From positions 14,988-78,987 of the forward strand of contig CAXGMD010000001.1 in NCBI GenBank assembly GCA_964010765.1: a stretch of DNA of 64,000 nucleotides, given 5' to 3'. Below are positions 20,453 to 29,943 of this stretch, in pieces. The notes beneath the pieces were generated by a model. The model was not told the origin of the DNA and made no database searches. It saw only the letters and a program-made list of their open reading frames with translations. A program made the translations under genes and the position numbers. How positions within the stretch are numbered: the first letter of the stretch is position 1; the number at the start of each line of letters is the position of its first letter. Source of the stretch: an uncultured bacterium. GTDB lineage: Bacteria > SAR324 > NAC60-12.

Positions 20453-21739
20453 TCAGTTCGTCAGTTCAGATAGTTGCTCGAAGTAATCAGGAAAAGTTTT
20501 GCCCACACATGATGGATCAAGAATGGTGATGGGCACTTCACTGCATGCCGCAAGTGAGAAAGCCATAGCCATTCTGTGATCATCATAGGTTGCGATCTCT
20601 GCCGGTAAAAGTTTCTCAGGTGGTTCAATGATGATGTAATCTTCACCTTCCTCAACTATGGCACCGAGTTTTTTAAGTTCAGAGGACACGGCTTTCAAGC
20701 GTTCGGTTTCTTTGAGACGCCAATTATAAATATTACGAATTGCAGTAGTGCCTTTGGCAAATAATGCTGCAACAGCGAGCGTCATTGCAGCGTCAGGCAT
20801 CTCGTTCATATCCACGTCAATTCCTTTAAGGTTTCCAGAACCTCGGACTGTAATTTGGTTGGCTTCCCACTGAACTTCTGCACCCATCATCTCCATAATC
20901 TTAGCAAATTGGGCGTCACCTTGAAGGCTATCAGTTCCGCATCCGATGACAGTTACGGTTCCACCTGTAATCGCAGCTCCGGCTAGAAAATAGGATGCGG
21001 ATGAGGCATCTCCTTCAACAAAATAGGTCTTAGGGCTTTTGTAGCTTTGTGGTGCGTTTATTTGAAAACTCTTAAAGTCTTCAGAAACACCAACATTCAC
21101 TCCAAATCGATTCATCAGCCGGATTGTCATCTCTACATAGGGAATAGAAACAAGATGATCTCTGATTCTAATCTCAACGGGAGTTTGAGCGTATGGTGAG
21201 GTTAGAAGAATTGCTGAAAGGTATTGACTGCTAATCGCCCCACTAAGTTTGGTAACTCCACCTGGAAGCCCATTGGCAATTATTTCAACGGGCGGACAAC
21301 CTGAGTTATTTATAGATCGAACCTGAGCGCCAAGCTGATTCAACCCATCAAGTAAATCTTGGATAGGCCGTTCTCGCATGCGCTCGATGCCATCCAGAAC
21401 GAATCGGCCATGTCCCAAAGTGAGGGCAGCTGTTAGTGGTCGGATAGCTGTCCCAGCATTGCCCAAGAATAATTCAGTCTCATCTACAGGGATTCTCCCT
21501 CCCTCCCCTTTGACGCGAATTTTCTTACTAGGTCTGTCCTCTTCATACAATATTTTGAGTTTTGCCAAGGCATCTATCATTCTCCGCACGTCATCGCTGT
21601 CGAGCAAATTCTCAATGAAGGTTTCACCCTCCGAAAGCATTGCGAGCAGAAGGACTCGGTTGGACAAACTCTTCGAACCGGGGAGTGTGATGCTTCCAGA
21701 AATCCTGCGAATTGGATCAAGTCGAAGTTGCTCAGTCAT
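20453..21739 (-). CDS. aroA: 3-phosphoshikimate 1-carboxyvinyltransferase (EPSP synthase)
   Basis: [22 protein letters not shown] and downstream EPSP synthase signatures; overlaps lipA by 4 nt. Confidence 0.95.
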   Translation of the reverse strand: MTEQLRLDPIRRISGSITLPGSKSLSNRVLLLAMLSEGETFIENLLDSDDVRRMIDALAKLKILYEEDRPSKKIRVKGEGGRIPVDETELFLGNAGTAIRPLTAALTLGHGRFVLDGIERMRERPIQDLLDGLNQLGAQVRSINNSGCPPVEIIANGLPGGVTKLSGAISSQYLSAILLTSPYAQTPVEIRIRDHLVSIPYVEMTIRLMNRFGVNVGVSEDFKSFQINAPQSYKSPKTYFVEGDASSASYFLAGAAITGGTVTVIGCGTDSLQGDAQFAKIMEMMGAEVQWEANQITVRGSGNLKGIDVDMNEMPDAAMTLAVAALFAKGTTAIRNIYNWRLKETERLKAVSSELKKLGAIVEEGEDYIIIEPPEKLLPAEIATYDDHRMAMAFSLAACSEVPITILDPSCVGKTFPDYFEQLSELTN

Positions 21740-22659
21740 GCACTCTGTCGAATCTTTTTCTCGATAAAAAACTCTGCTGCTTTGTAGGAACTACGCACCA
21801 AAGGACCGGAAGCAACATACAAAAAGCCTAATTCCTCTCCAATCTTTTTGAAATCCTCAAACTCTTCAGGAGTGACAAATCTTTCAACAGCAAGATGCTT
21901 CAGCGTCGGTTGTAAGTATTGACCTAAAGTCAAGAAGCTCACACCAACCGCTCTCATATCACGCATTGCTTCCACAACCTCTTCCTTGGACTCGCCCAAG
22001 CCGAGCATTAAAGAAGATTTTGTGTACCTATTTTCAGAACTGTTCTCATGAAGATATTTGAGCACTGCAAGTGATTGATCATAGGTAGCTCTAGGATCAC
22101 GTACCCTTGGTGTCAATCGACGAACCGTTTCAAGATTATGAGCCAATACCGCAGCTTGAGAATCAATAACTTGCTGAACCAAGTTGAGTTCACCACGGAA
22201 ATCAGGCATCAGGATTTCTATCAATAAATTGGGATTTGCTCTTTGCGTTGATCGGATACAGCGGGCAATGTGGCCAGCGCCCTGATCTTCCAAATCATCT
22301 CGATCTACAGTTGTTAAAACAACATATCCTAGCTTCATCTGACGGATGGTATCAGCCAATTTCAAGGGTTCTTCAATGTCCAGTGGGCCAGGTTTTTTTT
22401 CAGTTTTTACCGAGCAAAACCGGCAGCCTCTAGTACAGGTATCACCCATGACCATGAAGGTCGCAGTTCCACTATTCCAGCATTCCCCGATGTTTGGGCA
22501 ACGAGCTTCTTCGCATACTGTACTGAGGGCTAGTTTTCTTGCCTGACTTTCAATCCAATGAAACCTCTCACCAGATGGGAACCTAACTTTCAGCCAGGAA
22601 GGTTTGGGAAGCCGATCGTGCCGTTTCCGAAAATTCTGTTTCTCTAATATAGCTGTCAT
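21736..22659 (-). CDS. lipA: Lipoyl synthase
   Basis: Radical-SAM cluster [13 protein letters not shown] and second cluster CTRGCRFC; 307 aa. Confidence 0.95.
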   Translation of the reverse strand: MTAILEKQNFRKRHDRLPKPSWLKVRFPSGERFHWIESQARKLALSTVCEEARCPNIGECWNSGTATFMVMGDTCTRGCRFCSVKTEKKPGPLDIEEPLKLADTIRQMKLGYVVLTTVDRDDLEDQGAGHIARCIRSTQRANPNLLIEILMPDFRGELNLVQQVIDSQAAVLAHNLETVRRLTPRVRDPRATYDQSLAVLKYLHENSSENRYTKSSLMLGLGESKEEVVEAMRDMRAVGVSFLTLGQYLQPTLKHLAVERFVTPEEFEDFKKIGEELGFLYVASGPLVRSSYKAAEFFIEKKIRQSA

Positions 22660-22691
22660 GTTCTTAGACGGAAGTTGATGTGAATAGGAAA

Positions 22692-24398
22692 TTAATCTTC
22701 AACTTTCAGGGCTGCTTCTTCAGCACGAGCTTCCCCCAGGAATTCCTGCTGCATTGTCCCAAATTCGTCAAGATGATCTGCATGTGGTGAATAGTAAATA
22801 TTCAAGTTGCCCCGGTCAGTATCTTCCCAGAAAGTAGGTCCAGAGAATCGCAACCTAGCGAAGATGATTTTCATATTTCTCAAAAAGACTTCCTCACCAA
22901 GTAGATTTCTATCCTGAAGGGTGTCTTTGGCAATGACTCGCGCTCGAGTCCTATCCCCTTTGGCCATGTAGTGCAAAGCAAGACCAATGTGTAGAAGCCG
23001 TATTCCGTGCGAATTGGTGAAGAATGAAACCAATTGATCTCTCTCGGAACCAGTTGGGTTGTCTAGCAGGAGAAAGGATTTTAATAATGTGTCATGTACC
23101 TCTGAATCCCAATTGAGTTCATCAATGCGGATCATAATTTTCTGCATTTCTGTCGCAATCACATCCAAGATGAATCCAACTGCTGGGGATTGGCGAACTG
23201 CCTTAAAACATTCTGCATTGTAAAAAGTTAGATAGAAAAAACAGGTCTTCACCCGATCAACCATGCCAGCTTCTACCAGGGCATTAGTAAACAACCCATA
23301 GTGAAAAATTAAGTTATACAGGTTCCTTGGTTCGTTGTTGTACATCCCATGTTTTAGGGCAAAACGTAGATGTGTGTTCAATCGAACCATGATCATCGTG
23401 ATCAGATCATCATCTTTCAACTCAATGCCTTTGCGACCCAACATACCTACTTGTTCAACACATAATGTTGACAGGTCAAAATCTCCTTTTTCAAGAAAAG
23501 TAATGTAGACATTTCCAATCAAGCGAAGACTTTTTTGCTCGAAAAACAATTTTGTTTCCTCAATTGTTTTCATCTCGTCTTGCATCGTTTTAAAGGAGAT
23601 ATCCTCCCTGATTGATGGCTGAACCTTGAAGAAGGAATTTGGTAGCTGGTGTTTAAATTCGACATAAAATCTAAGTAATTCGCCCAATCCTTCAATAATC
23701 AATGCCTTCGGCTCTTTGTATGGAGTGAAGGTCAGTAAATCGATAAGCTGGTTCTGTGCTTCAAATAATTGTAATTGCTCTTTGGGGTAGGCTTCTTTCG
23801 TTTTTTTACGTGTTTCCTGTTGTGCTAAATTTCGAAAAATAGATTTGCTTCCCCCAAGTACCTGTTTGATTACATTATGGGTCTTGGTAGATAGCAAAAC
23901 CGCGAGGACAAAAGGAAAATTTGTGAATAAAAAAACAGGGAAGAGGACGTGATAGTTGAAAACTAGACTTGGTGAAACATCATAGCCTATTTCTGGGAGG
24001 AGTTTTAAAGTGTAGCAATGGGCTGCACAGGCCATAGTCCACCAGACATATGACATGGTCGGCACATTTTCCATGTAAAGATCAATTAACTTAGGGGCAC
24101 TTTGTGCGGCTAAGCTGACCACTACAGTGATACTGGCTAGGATAGATCCAAGATAAACTGTCCAAACGATTGGTGAATATCCCGCATCAATGTTAAGCCA
24201 ACTTAATTGATCAGGGGAAGGTAAAACGTTCTCGTAAACTGGAAAAATGAATGTAACGAATAGACGATCAAGCACGATCACTAGCAGCATGCAAATGATC
24301 GCAATCCGCAAAGATAAGTTACTCGTTAGAAGCTTTATGATCGGCTGGAAGAAATCGCTTCCTACCGCGGCATCTGCGCGGATAGCTTGTGACTGCAT
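22692..24398 (-). CDS. Conserved membrane protein of unknown function (4 N-terminal TM helices plus ~370-aa cytoplasmic domain; DUF2254-like guess)
   Basis: Hydrophobic helices in the first ~190 aa and no catalytic motif recognised in the C-terminal domain; sits between rpoZ and lipA in one operon. Confidence 0.5.
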   Translation of the reverse strand: MQSQAIRADAAVGSDFFQPIIKLLTSNLSLRIAIICMLLVIVLDRLFVTFIFPVYENVLPSPDQLSWLNIDAGYSPIVWTVYLGSILASITVVVSLAAQSAPKLIDLYMENVPTMSYVWWTMACAAHCYTLKLLPEIGYDVSPSLVFNYHVLFPVFLFTNFPFVLAVLLSTKTHNVIKQVLGGSKSIFRNLAQQETRKKTKEAYPKEQLQLFEAQNQLIDLLTFTPYKEPKALIIEGLGELLRFYVEFKHQLPNSFFKVQPSIREDISFKTMQDEMKTIEETKLFFEQKSLRLIGNVYITFLEKGDFDLSTLCVEQVGMLGRKGIELKDDDLITMIMVRLNTHLRFALKHGMYNNEPRNLYNLIFHYGLFTNALVEAGMVDRVKTCFFYLTFYNAECFKAVRQSPAVGFILDVIATEMQKIMIRIDELNWDSEVHDTLLKSFLLLDNPTGSERDQLVSFFTNSHGIRLLHIGLALHYMAKGDRTRARVIAKDTLQDRNLLGEEVFLRNMKIIFARLRFSGPTFWEDTDRGNLNIYYSPHADHLDEFGTMQQEFLGEARAEEAALKVED

Positions 24399-24435
24399 GA
24401 TTTTCGAGGCTTAACCTGTTTTCCTTGTAATCATC

Positions 24436-24657
24436 TTAGTCTTCATCTTCGGAAATTGGTCTTTGATAACGGATCCTGCCCTCATTCGTCTCTAAAATAG
24501 CTTGGAATGTAGGTTTGTGCTCTAGTTCCAACTTTTCTTCCTCATCCATTTCGTAAATGGTCTTCGCTCGCTTAGCGGTGACAAGGACTTTCTCAAAAAG
24601 ATTGACTCCATCTTGTTTATTATGTTCTTCCATAAATTTAAGATAGTCCGAATTCAT
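24436..24657 (-). CDS. rpoZ: DNA-directed RNA polymerase subunit omega (probable)
   Basis: 73 aa; FEKVLVTAKRAKTI resembles the RpoZ core (LVLVAARRARQ); acidic C-terminus. Confidence 0.55.
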   Translation of the reverse strand: MNSDYLKFMEEHNKQDGVNLFEKVLVTAKRAKTIYEMDEEEKLELEHKPTFQAILETNEGRIRYQRPISEDED

Positions 24658-24688
24658 TTAAATCTCCGAAAAAATGTTTGGTAATGAA

Positions 24689-25372
24689 CTAACGAATTTG
24701 TCTAAGAAGATCCTCAGCTTCTTGCTGAAAAGGAGAGTCTTTCATCTCAGAAAGTTTGCTCAGATAACCGGTGGCTTCTTCCTTTTTGTTCTGGTTCAAA
24801 CTGATGCGGGCAAGATTGCGTAAGCGCAAATCATCCCAACGGGCATTATCGAGCTGTAGTAGATATTTGCGCGCCTCGTCAATTTTACCCTGAGCCTCCA
24901 TTACAGCTGACAAGTTAAGTCGGGCCATGTTTCTTGAAAAATCTGGAACCTCATTTCCAAGAATAATCTCCTTCAGTTTTTTTTCAGCTTCCCCCCAGTT
25001 TTTCAGTCGGCTCTGTGCTTCAGCAACTTGTAATTGACTAACAATCCTCATGGACGCGGTGTTTGCTTGTTCTAGATAATGAGTGAGAGCTTTGACCTCT
25101 TGTTCAGGTCTCTTTTGCAAAGCAGCTTTTACCGCGGCTTGCTGAGAAGCGTAGAACAGATTGGCTTCGGTCTCCATTTGCAGGCGTTGTTGCTCCTGCC
25201 AATACCAAACCCCAATACCAATTGCCGCAACGGTCAGTCCCCCTGCGATGTATCTTTGGCGTTGTCTATAGATCCGATCAGCCATAAGAAACATGAATTG
25301 CTGAAAACGATCTGGCTTGTTGAGGTTCAAATCATCTGCTGAATGATTAAGAGAATTGTTTTGCTTGGACAT
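24689..25372 (-). CDS. Membrane-anchored TPR-like protein (YfgM-like fold)
   Basis: Single N-terminal TM (GLTVAAIGIGVWYW) followed by TPR-like helical repeats. Confidence 0.5.
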   Translation of the reverse strand: MSKQNNSLNHSADDLNLNKPDRFQQFMFLMADRIYRQRQRYIAGGLTVAAIGIGVWYWQEQQRLQMETEANLFYASQQAAVKAALQKRPEQEVKALTHYLEQANTASMRIVSQLQVAEAQSRLKNWGEAEKKLKEIILGNEVPDFSRNMARLNLSAVMEAQGKIDEARKYLLQLDNARWDDLRLRNLARISLNQNKKEEATGYLSKLSEMKDSPFQQEAEDLLRQIR

Positions 25373-25525
25373 TGGTGAAGATATTTTTGAAATGGATGCT
25401 CATGCTTTTTGCATGAATATGTGCTGAAAAATCCATGCCTGAGCTGATTAAAAGTCAAGCCTCTTATACTGAGACCATCTGTCGATTAGTGCAAGCTCAA
25501 AGGATGGCTTGTTTGCTGCAAAGCT

Positions 25526-26023
25526 TTGAACCCAATCTATCAACTCACAACCAGTTTGCCACAAGGAATCCCCACCATGAATGGCATTTGGAATCGCTGC
25601 CCAACAATATTTAATCGACTATTCTTAGCATTCACAATCGCTTTATTCTTGGGCGGTATGGGTGGAGGAGATGAAAATCTCACTGGTGGGTTGCCTCTCC
25701 CTGAAAAAAACTTTGTTGTCGGTATCACTGATCGAACGGGGATGCAGACCGAATCCTCACGCTTAACTTGGGAGGGTAAAGTCCATTTTAGAGGGAAATA
25801 CGGTGAGGCCACAGTAAACGTTCCTTTCGCAAAAATAAGCCAAGTCGACTTTAGACCAGCAAACACAGGAACTTCTTCCTATACAGTTGCGACAGTGACG
25901 CTGAACTCAGGACAACAATTGGACCTGTCTCTAGAGAACCAGTCAAACGTGTATGCAGAAACCCCTTTTGGTGAACTGGAAATCAGTGTAGCCGATCTCC
26001 GTCAGTTGGATTTCTCCGAATGA
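25526..26023 (+). CDS. hypothetical exported/membrane protein
   Basis: Hydrophobic N-terminus (LFLAFTIALFLGGMGGG); start may be the internal ATG at 25577; 4-nt ATGA overlap with the next gene. Confidence 0.45.
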   Translation: MNPIYQLTTSLPQGIPTMNGIWNRCPTIFNRLFLAFTIALFLGGMGGGDENLTGGLPLPEKNFVVGITDRTGMQTESSRLTWEGKVHFRGKYGEATVNVPFAKISQVDFRPANTGTSSYTVATVTLNSGQQLDLSLENQSNVYAETPFGELEISVADLRQLDFSE

Positions 26024-27273
26024 ATCTTGTCCGCATCATCGTTGTTATCAGTTTAATTCTCGGCTCTGTGAGCCATGCCCTTTCACAATCAAACTTTTTC
26101 CAAGAAGACCTGTTCAATCTGGAATCTGATGTGATGAGTGGTTTCAGTGACGACGGTCGAATGAAAGTTTTGATGCTGACTCTAGCACCTTATGGGATGA
26201 CCGAAACGGCAGCAGGTGAAATTAGTAAGGCTCTACAATTAAGTATCTTCAACACAAATCATTTCACAGTAGTTGGCCCATCTGAATGGAACGCTCAAAT
26301 TCGTGAGAGAGATCCAAGTCTTGCAGATTGTAATGATATTGCCTGTGGAGTTTTGGTTGGAAAGCTGTTCCGTGCTGATAAGGTTCTTGTTGGATCTATC
26401 CGAAATACTTCTATTTTAGAGGTAGATGGAGAGACCCAGGGTTTTCAGATGGATGTTCGATTAGTTGATGTGCTGACTAATGTGACAGATTACACCGATC
26501 AGATATTATTTACTGACGCCCAGATGCATGAAGAATTTTTCATGCTTGCCCAGCGACTCTCAAAAAATACAGAGTTGCAGGGATATGTGACGAGCCTTAC
26601 GAACAGCAGTATTGTGGTAGATTTAGGAGTGGAGCATGGTTTGGAGATGGGAGCTCAATTGGTGATTTTTCGCCGAGAAGCAGACCTATTGAGTTCTGGA
26701 GATTCAGAGGTGCCAAAAGAAACCAATATTGCGATTGCACGTGTTCATCGGATTAGTCAGGGCCGGGCGAATGCGATAATTGTCCAACAAATCGAGCTAG
26801 TTCGGGAGGGAGATTTCGTAAAGACTTATCTAGATGTCAGTAAGCAGATTAAGTTGATTTCAGACACCAGGCGTGAGTTAGATACACAGAAAAGATTAGA
26901 GCCTCCTCAAGAGGAATTTCCGCTTCAGCCTGAATTAGTAATCACGGATAGAGATCTATGGCTTCAACGTTTGCAAATTGCTGCGGCGGAGGAAGAGCGA
27001 TGGATGATAGCTACAGTTGGGACTGGAGCAGGAACACTACTACTTCTCAGTGGGCGTTTGGAATTGGCACAACAATCAGAAGGGGTTGGTCAATTGCTTC
27101 CTTGGATCGTGGGTGCTGCCTTTGGGTATAGTGGATATCAGTACATTCAAGCAAGGAATCTAGTGAGTGAAATTAAAGCTGAGGGAGAAATCAAAGGTTT
27201 TGTCAGCAATTGGCAGTTTCAGTGGAATTTAGATAAAAATCAGCCAAATCTTGTTTTCAACTACAATTTCTGA
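26020..27273 (+). CDS. Secreted protein with CsgG/LpoB-like N-terminal domain and C-terminal membrane segments
   Basis: Signal peptide; ISKALQLSIFNTNHFTVVG and ACGVLVGKLFRADKVLVGSI resemble the CsgG-family core (GKLLGADYVLTGSI). Confidence 0.45.
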   Translation: MNLVRIIVVISLILGSVSHALSQSNFFQEDLFNLESDVMSGFSDDGRMKVLMLTLAPYGMTETAAGEISKALQLSIFNTNHFTVVGPSEWNAQIRERDPSLADCNDIACGVLVGKLFRADKVLVGSIRNTSILEVDGETQGFQMDVRLVDVLTNVTDYTDQILFTDAQMHEEFFMLAQRLSKNTELQGYVTSLTNSSIVVDLGVEHGLEMGAQLVIFRREADLLSSGDSEVPKETNIAIARVHRISQGRANAIIVQQIELVREGDFVKTYLDVSKQIKLISDTRRELDTQKRLEPPQEEFPLQPELVITDRDLWLQRLQIAAAEEERWMIATVGTGAGTLLLLSGRLELAQQSEGVGQLLPWIVGAAFGYSGYQYIQARNLVSEIKAEGEIKGFVSNWQFQWNLDKNQPNLVFNYNF

Positions 27274-27374
27274 AAATCTCGATTACTGAAGGAATTTAAA
27301 ATTATTGTCATAGTCTTCGCAGATTTTATTTTCATTGGCAGTTACACTTAGATCAAATTACATCAAAATCTTCC

Positions 27375-27761
27375 ATGCCAGATTTATCTGCTACAGAATA
27401 TCCCACATTTTTTCAGAATCTCTCTCAAAGAGTTCAGGCTGAGGAAGTTTCATCGCTGCATGTCCTTGGCGAAGATTTCTTTAGCCTAGTCGATATTTTC
27501 AGTCAGCAACTCTTTGAGGAATTCCAGGGAGATCTGCTACTGTTGGAGATGGAACCAGAATCGTTCCTTTGGGAGCTTCAAGTACTGACCAATCAATTTC
27601 TTCGCAAATCGATTGATTCCCCCCTTCAATTACGTCCCTTCTGCCGACAACTGCGACAACAAATGCAGAATCCTACCTTCGCTGATGAAATCTGCTCGAT
27701 GCTGAAGAAAAACTATCAGGATCATTTCTATCAGGTACCTCAGTCGCAACTCCTCGTTTGA
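27375..27761 (+). CDS. hypothetical protein (128 aa)
   Basis: ORF only; 4 nt upstream of the DUF368 gene. Confidence 0.4.
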   Translation: MPDLSATEYPTFFQNLSQRVQAEEVSSLHVLGEDFFSLVDIFSQQLFEEFQGDLLLLEMEPESFLWELQVLTNQFLRKSIDSPLQLRPFCRQLRQQMQNPTFADEICSMLKKNYQDHFYQVPQSQLLV

Positions 27762-27765
27762 CCTA

Positions 27766-28749
27766 ATGCCAGAACCCAAAACTGAATCTGAAGCGGAGTT
27801 GACCTGGGCACAGGCATGGAACAATGCGCCTGGTCCAAAATCAATGAGAGAGGCTCTCACTCTCTTTGGGAAGGGACTCGCGATGGGAACTGCAGACATC
27901 ATCCCTGGAGTCTCAGGTGGCACGATCGCTTTCATTACTGGCATTTACCATCATCTCCTCTCAGCTATTTCCTCCATTAATTTGAGTTCAATCTGGCTTG
28001 GTTTACAGGGTAAATTCAAAGAGGCCCTCGTCGAAATTCATCTGAGATTTCTAATTGTCCTCTTCGGTGGAATTTTTGTCGCTATTTTGTCAACTGCTCG
28101 CTTGATGCACTTTCTGCTGGCTAATTATCCTGTAGAAATTTGGTCATTATTCTTTGGGTTAGTGTTAGCCTCAATTTGGTACGTTGGCCGAGCAATTCCT
28201 AGCTGGAATGTAGCAGCTTTACTGACTACCACGGCGGGTGGACTTTTCGCTTACCAAGTTGTTGGGCTCATACCAATTCAAACCCCAAACTCGCCTCAGT
28301 TCTTATTTTTTTGTGGGTTAATTGCAATTTGTGCGATGATTCTTCCCGGGTTGAGTGGCTCATTCCTATTGTTGATTCTTGGCAAATATCAGTTTATCAC
28401 GGGTGCCCTACGTTCCCCGTTTGATGATGGGCATTTAGAAGCATTGTTGGTTTTTACAGCAGGATGTCTTATTGGAATTCTGGGTTTCAGCAGGATATTG
28501 AAATTCTGCTTACAGCGCTTTGAGCAGATAACGATGTGCTTATTGACTGGTCTAATGATCGGAGCAATGAGAAAGGTTTGGCCCTGGAAAGTAGTTATCG
28601 AGAGCGAACTGATTAACGGAAAAGAATACGTTGTCCGTGAAGAAAATATCTTACCTGTATTGGATGCTAGTCTCTTTATGCCCTTGGTAATGTTTTTCCT
28701 TGGAATGAGCGCTGTGATTATTTTGGAACAGACAGCTCGTCAGCGATAA
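27766..28749 (+). CDS. DUF368-family polytopic membrane protein (putative undecaprenyl-phosphate translocase family)
   Basis: GTADIIPGVSGGTIAFITG and PGLSGSFLLLILG motifs characteristic of DUF368. Confidence 0.7.
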   Translation: MPEPKTESEAELTWAQAWNNAPGPKSMREALTLFGKGLAMGTADIIPGVSGGTIAFITGIYHHLLSAISSINLSSIWLGLQGKFKEALVEIHLRFLIVLFGGIFVAILSTARLMHFLLANYPVEIWSLFFGLVLASIWYVGRAIPSWNVAALLTTTAGGLFAYQVVGLIPIQTPNSPQFLFFCGLIAICAMILPGLSGSFLLLILGKYQFITGALRSPFDDGHLEALLVFTAGCLIGILGFSRILKFCLQRFEQITMCLLTGLMIGAMRKVWPWKVVIESELINGKEYVVREENILPVLDASLFMPLVMFFLGMSAVIILEQTARQR

Positions 28750-29254
28750 CAATTCTTCCAACAGATCCCCGCAGACATCGTTCGCCATTCACCCAAGTGG
28801 CTTCCTGAAAATTCACTCCTGCTAATTCAAGAGGACGCTGAGAAAACTGATCAATATCAGACCCCTCAAGGTTGCTTCCCCAGAAGTTGGCTTGAAGCAG
28901 CTGCGCTCCCTCCCAAGTGGTTCTTCTGAAATCAGCGAATTTTGCCCAAGCCTTTTTTAAACAGGAGTGTCTGAGGGAAGCACCAACAAGGTAAGCCCCC
29001 CAGAGGTTGGCTCGGTGCAAGTTTGAAAAGTCCAGATTCGCATTTTGAAAATTAGCACCTTGGAGGTTTGCTTTCTCAAGATTGGCTTGCTGTAGATTTA
29101 CCTCGGTAAAATCTGCACCACGTAAATCCTGCTGCCTTAAATCATTTCCACTTAGGTCCATTCCTTTAAAATTTGCTTGCATGCCTAAGTTGCCTTTGGA
29201 ATTCAACCATTCTTGGTGGGTTTGTAATACGACCTGAATTTCCTCAAGAGACAT
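28718..29254 (-). CDS. Pentapeptide-repeat protein
   Basis: Tandem A(D/N)Lxx repeats (ANLEKANLQGANFQNANLDFSNLHRANLWGAYL). Confidence 0.85.
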   Translation of the reverse strand: MSLEEIQVVLQTHQEWLNSKGNLGMQANFKGMDLSGNDLRQQDLRGADFTEVNLQQANLEKANLQGANFQNANLDFSNLHRANLWGAYLVGASLRHSCLKKAWAKFADFRRTTWEGAQLLQANFWGSNLEGSDIDQFSQRPLELAGVNFQEATWVNGERCLRGSVGRIVIADELSVPK

Positions 29255-29708
29255 CGACAGCCTCTTTACGTTTTTGTAGTGACTTTTTTTGTTGTTCCTT
29301 TGCCTGCTGACTTAAACATGCTTCTGGATGATGAATATTTTTTTCAAAGCAATTCCTGCGAATACTGTTCAGCCAGAGTGATTGTTCTCGTTTAGGTACC
29401 ATTGCCAGAGTCACAAGAGCTTCAAGGCGAGGGCCTTCTCCCATAGCGAGTTCTTCTGCAATCAATGGGTGCTCCTGCTGAATAAATTTATCCAGTGCTG
29501 CTCCCATAAACTCTTCTTTGGTCATCGTGGAGGAGCTTGTGCTGCTGCTGCTATACCAGGAACTCAACCCCATTCCTTTTTTCATGCCGGGAGGAGCCTC
29601 CATGTGAACTCCTACACCAAATCCAAAACGAGTATTCCGATTGCCACAACCGATTAGCAGGAAGCAGCTCAGAAAAATCAAAGGCAGATAAAATCTTCGA
29701 AGATTCAT
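29244..29708 (-). CDS. hypothetical lipoprotein
   Basis: Lipobox-like LLIGC after a signal peptide; Ser-rich linker. Confidence 0.5.
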   Translation of the reverse strand: MNLRRFYLPLIFLSCFLLIGCGNRNTRFGFGVGVHMEAPPGMKKGMGLSSWYSSSSTSSSTMTKEEFMGAALDKFIQQEHPLIAEELAMGEGPRLEALVTLAMVPKREQSLWLNSIRRNCFEKNIHHPEACLSQQAKEQQKKSLQKRKEAVDVS

Positions 29709-29762
29709 CTTTGGGATTTTGCTTTAGATGTTGATAAGCATTTTCCTTGGTTGAGGAGAAAT

Positions 29763-29938
29763 TAATTAGTAGCTTTTGTGCAAAAGCAAACCGATCTCAA
29801 GTCAACCAATTTGAAATCGCCAGAGAAGGTGGCTTGAACATAGACCAAGCCCCCAAAAATCAGAAGATAGAGCAAAAGCCTCACAAAGAAACGTAAACGG
29901 GCACCAGTGTTCGTTGTTTCAACCTCAACCGACTTCAT
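29763..29938 (-). CDS. possible small membrane protein (58 aa), unannotated, 5 nt downstream of the lpdA stop
   Basis: Manual translation gives MKSVEVETTNTGARLRFFVRLLLYLLIFGGLVYVQATFSGDFKLVDLRSVCFCTKATN, with one TM helix. No clear Shine-Dalgarno. Below the ORF-track length cut-off. Confidence 0.25.
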
Positions 29939-29943
29939 AGCAA

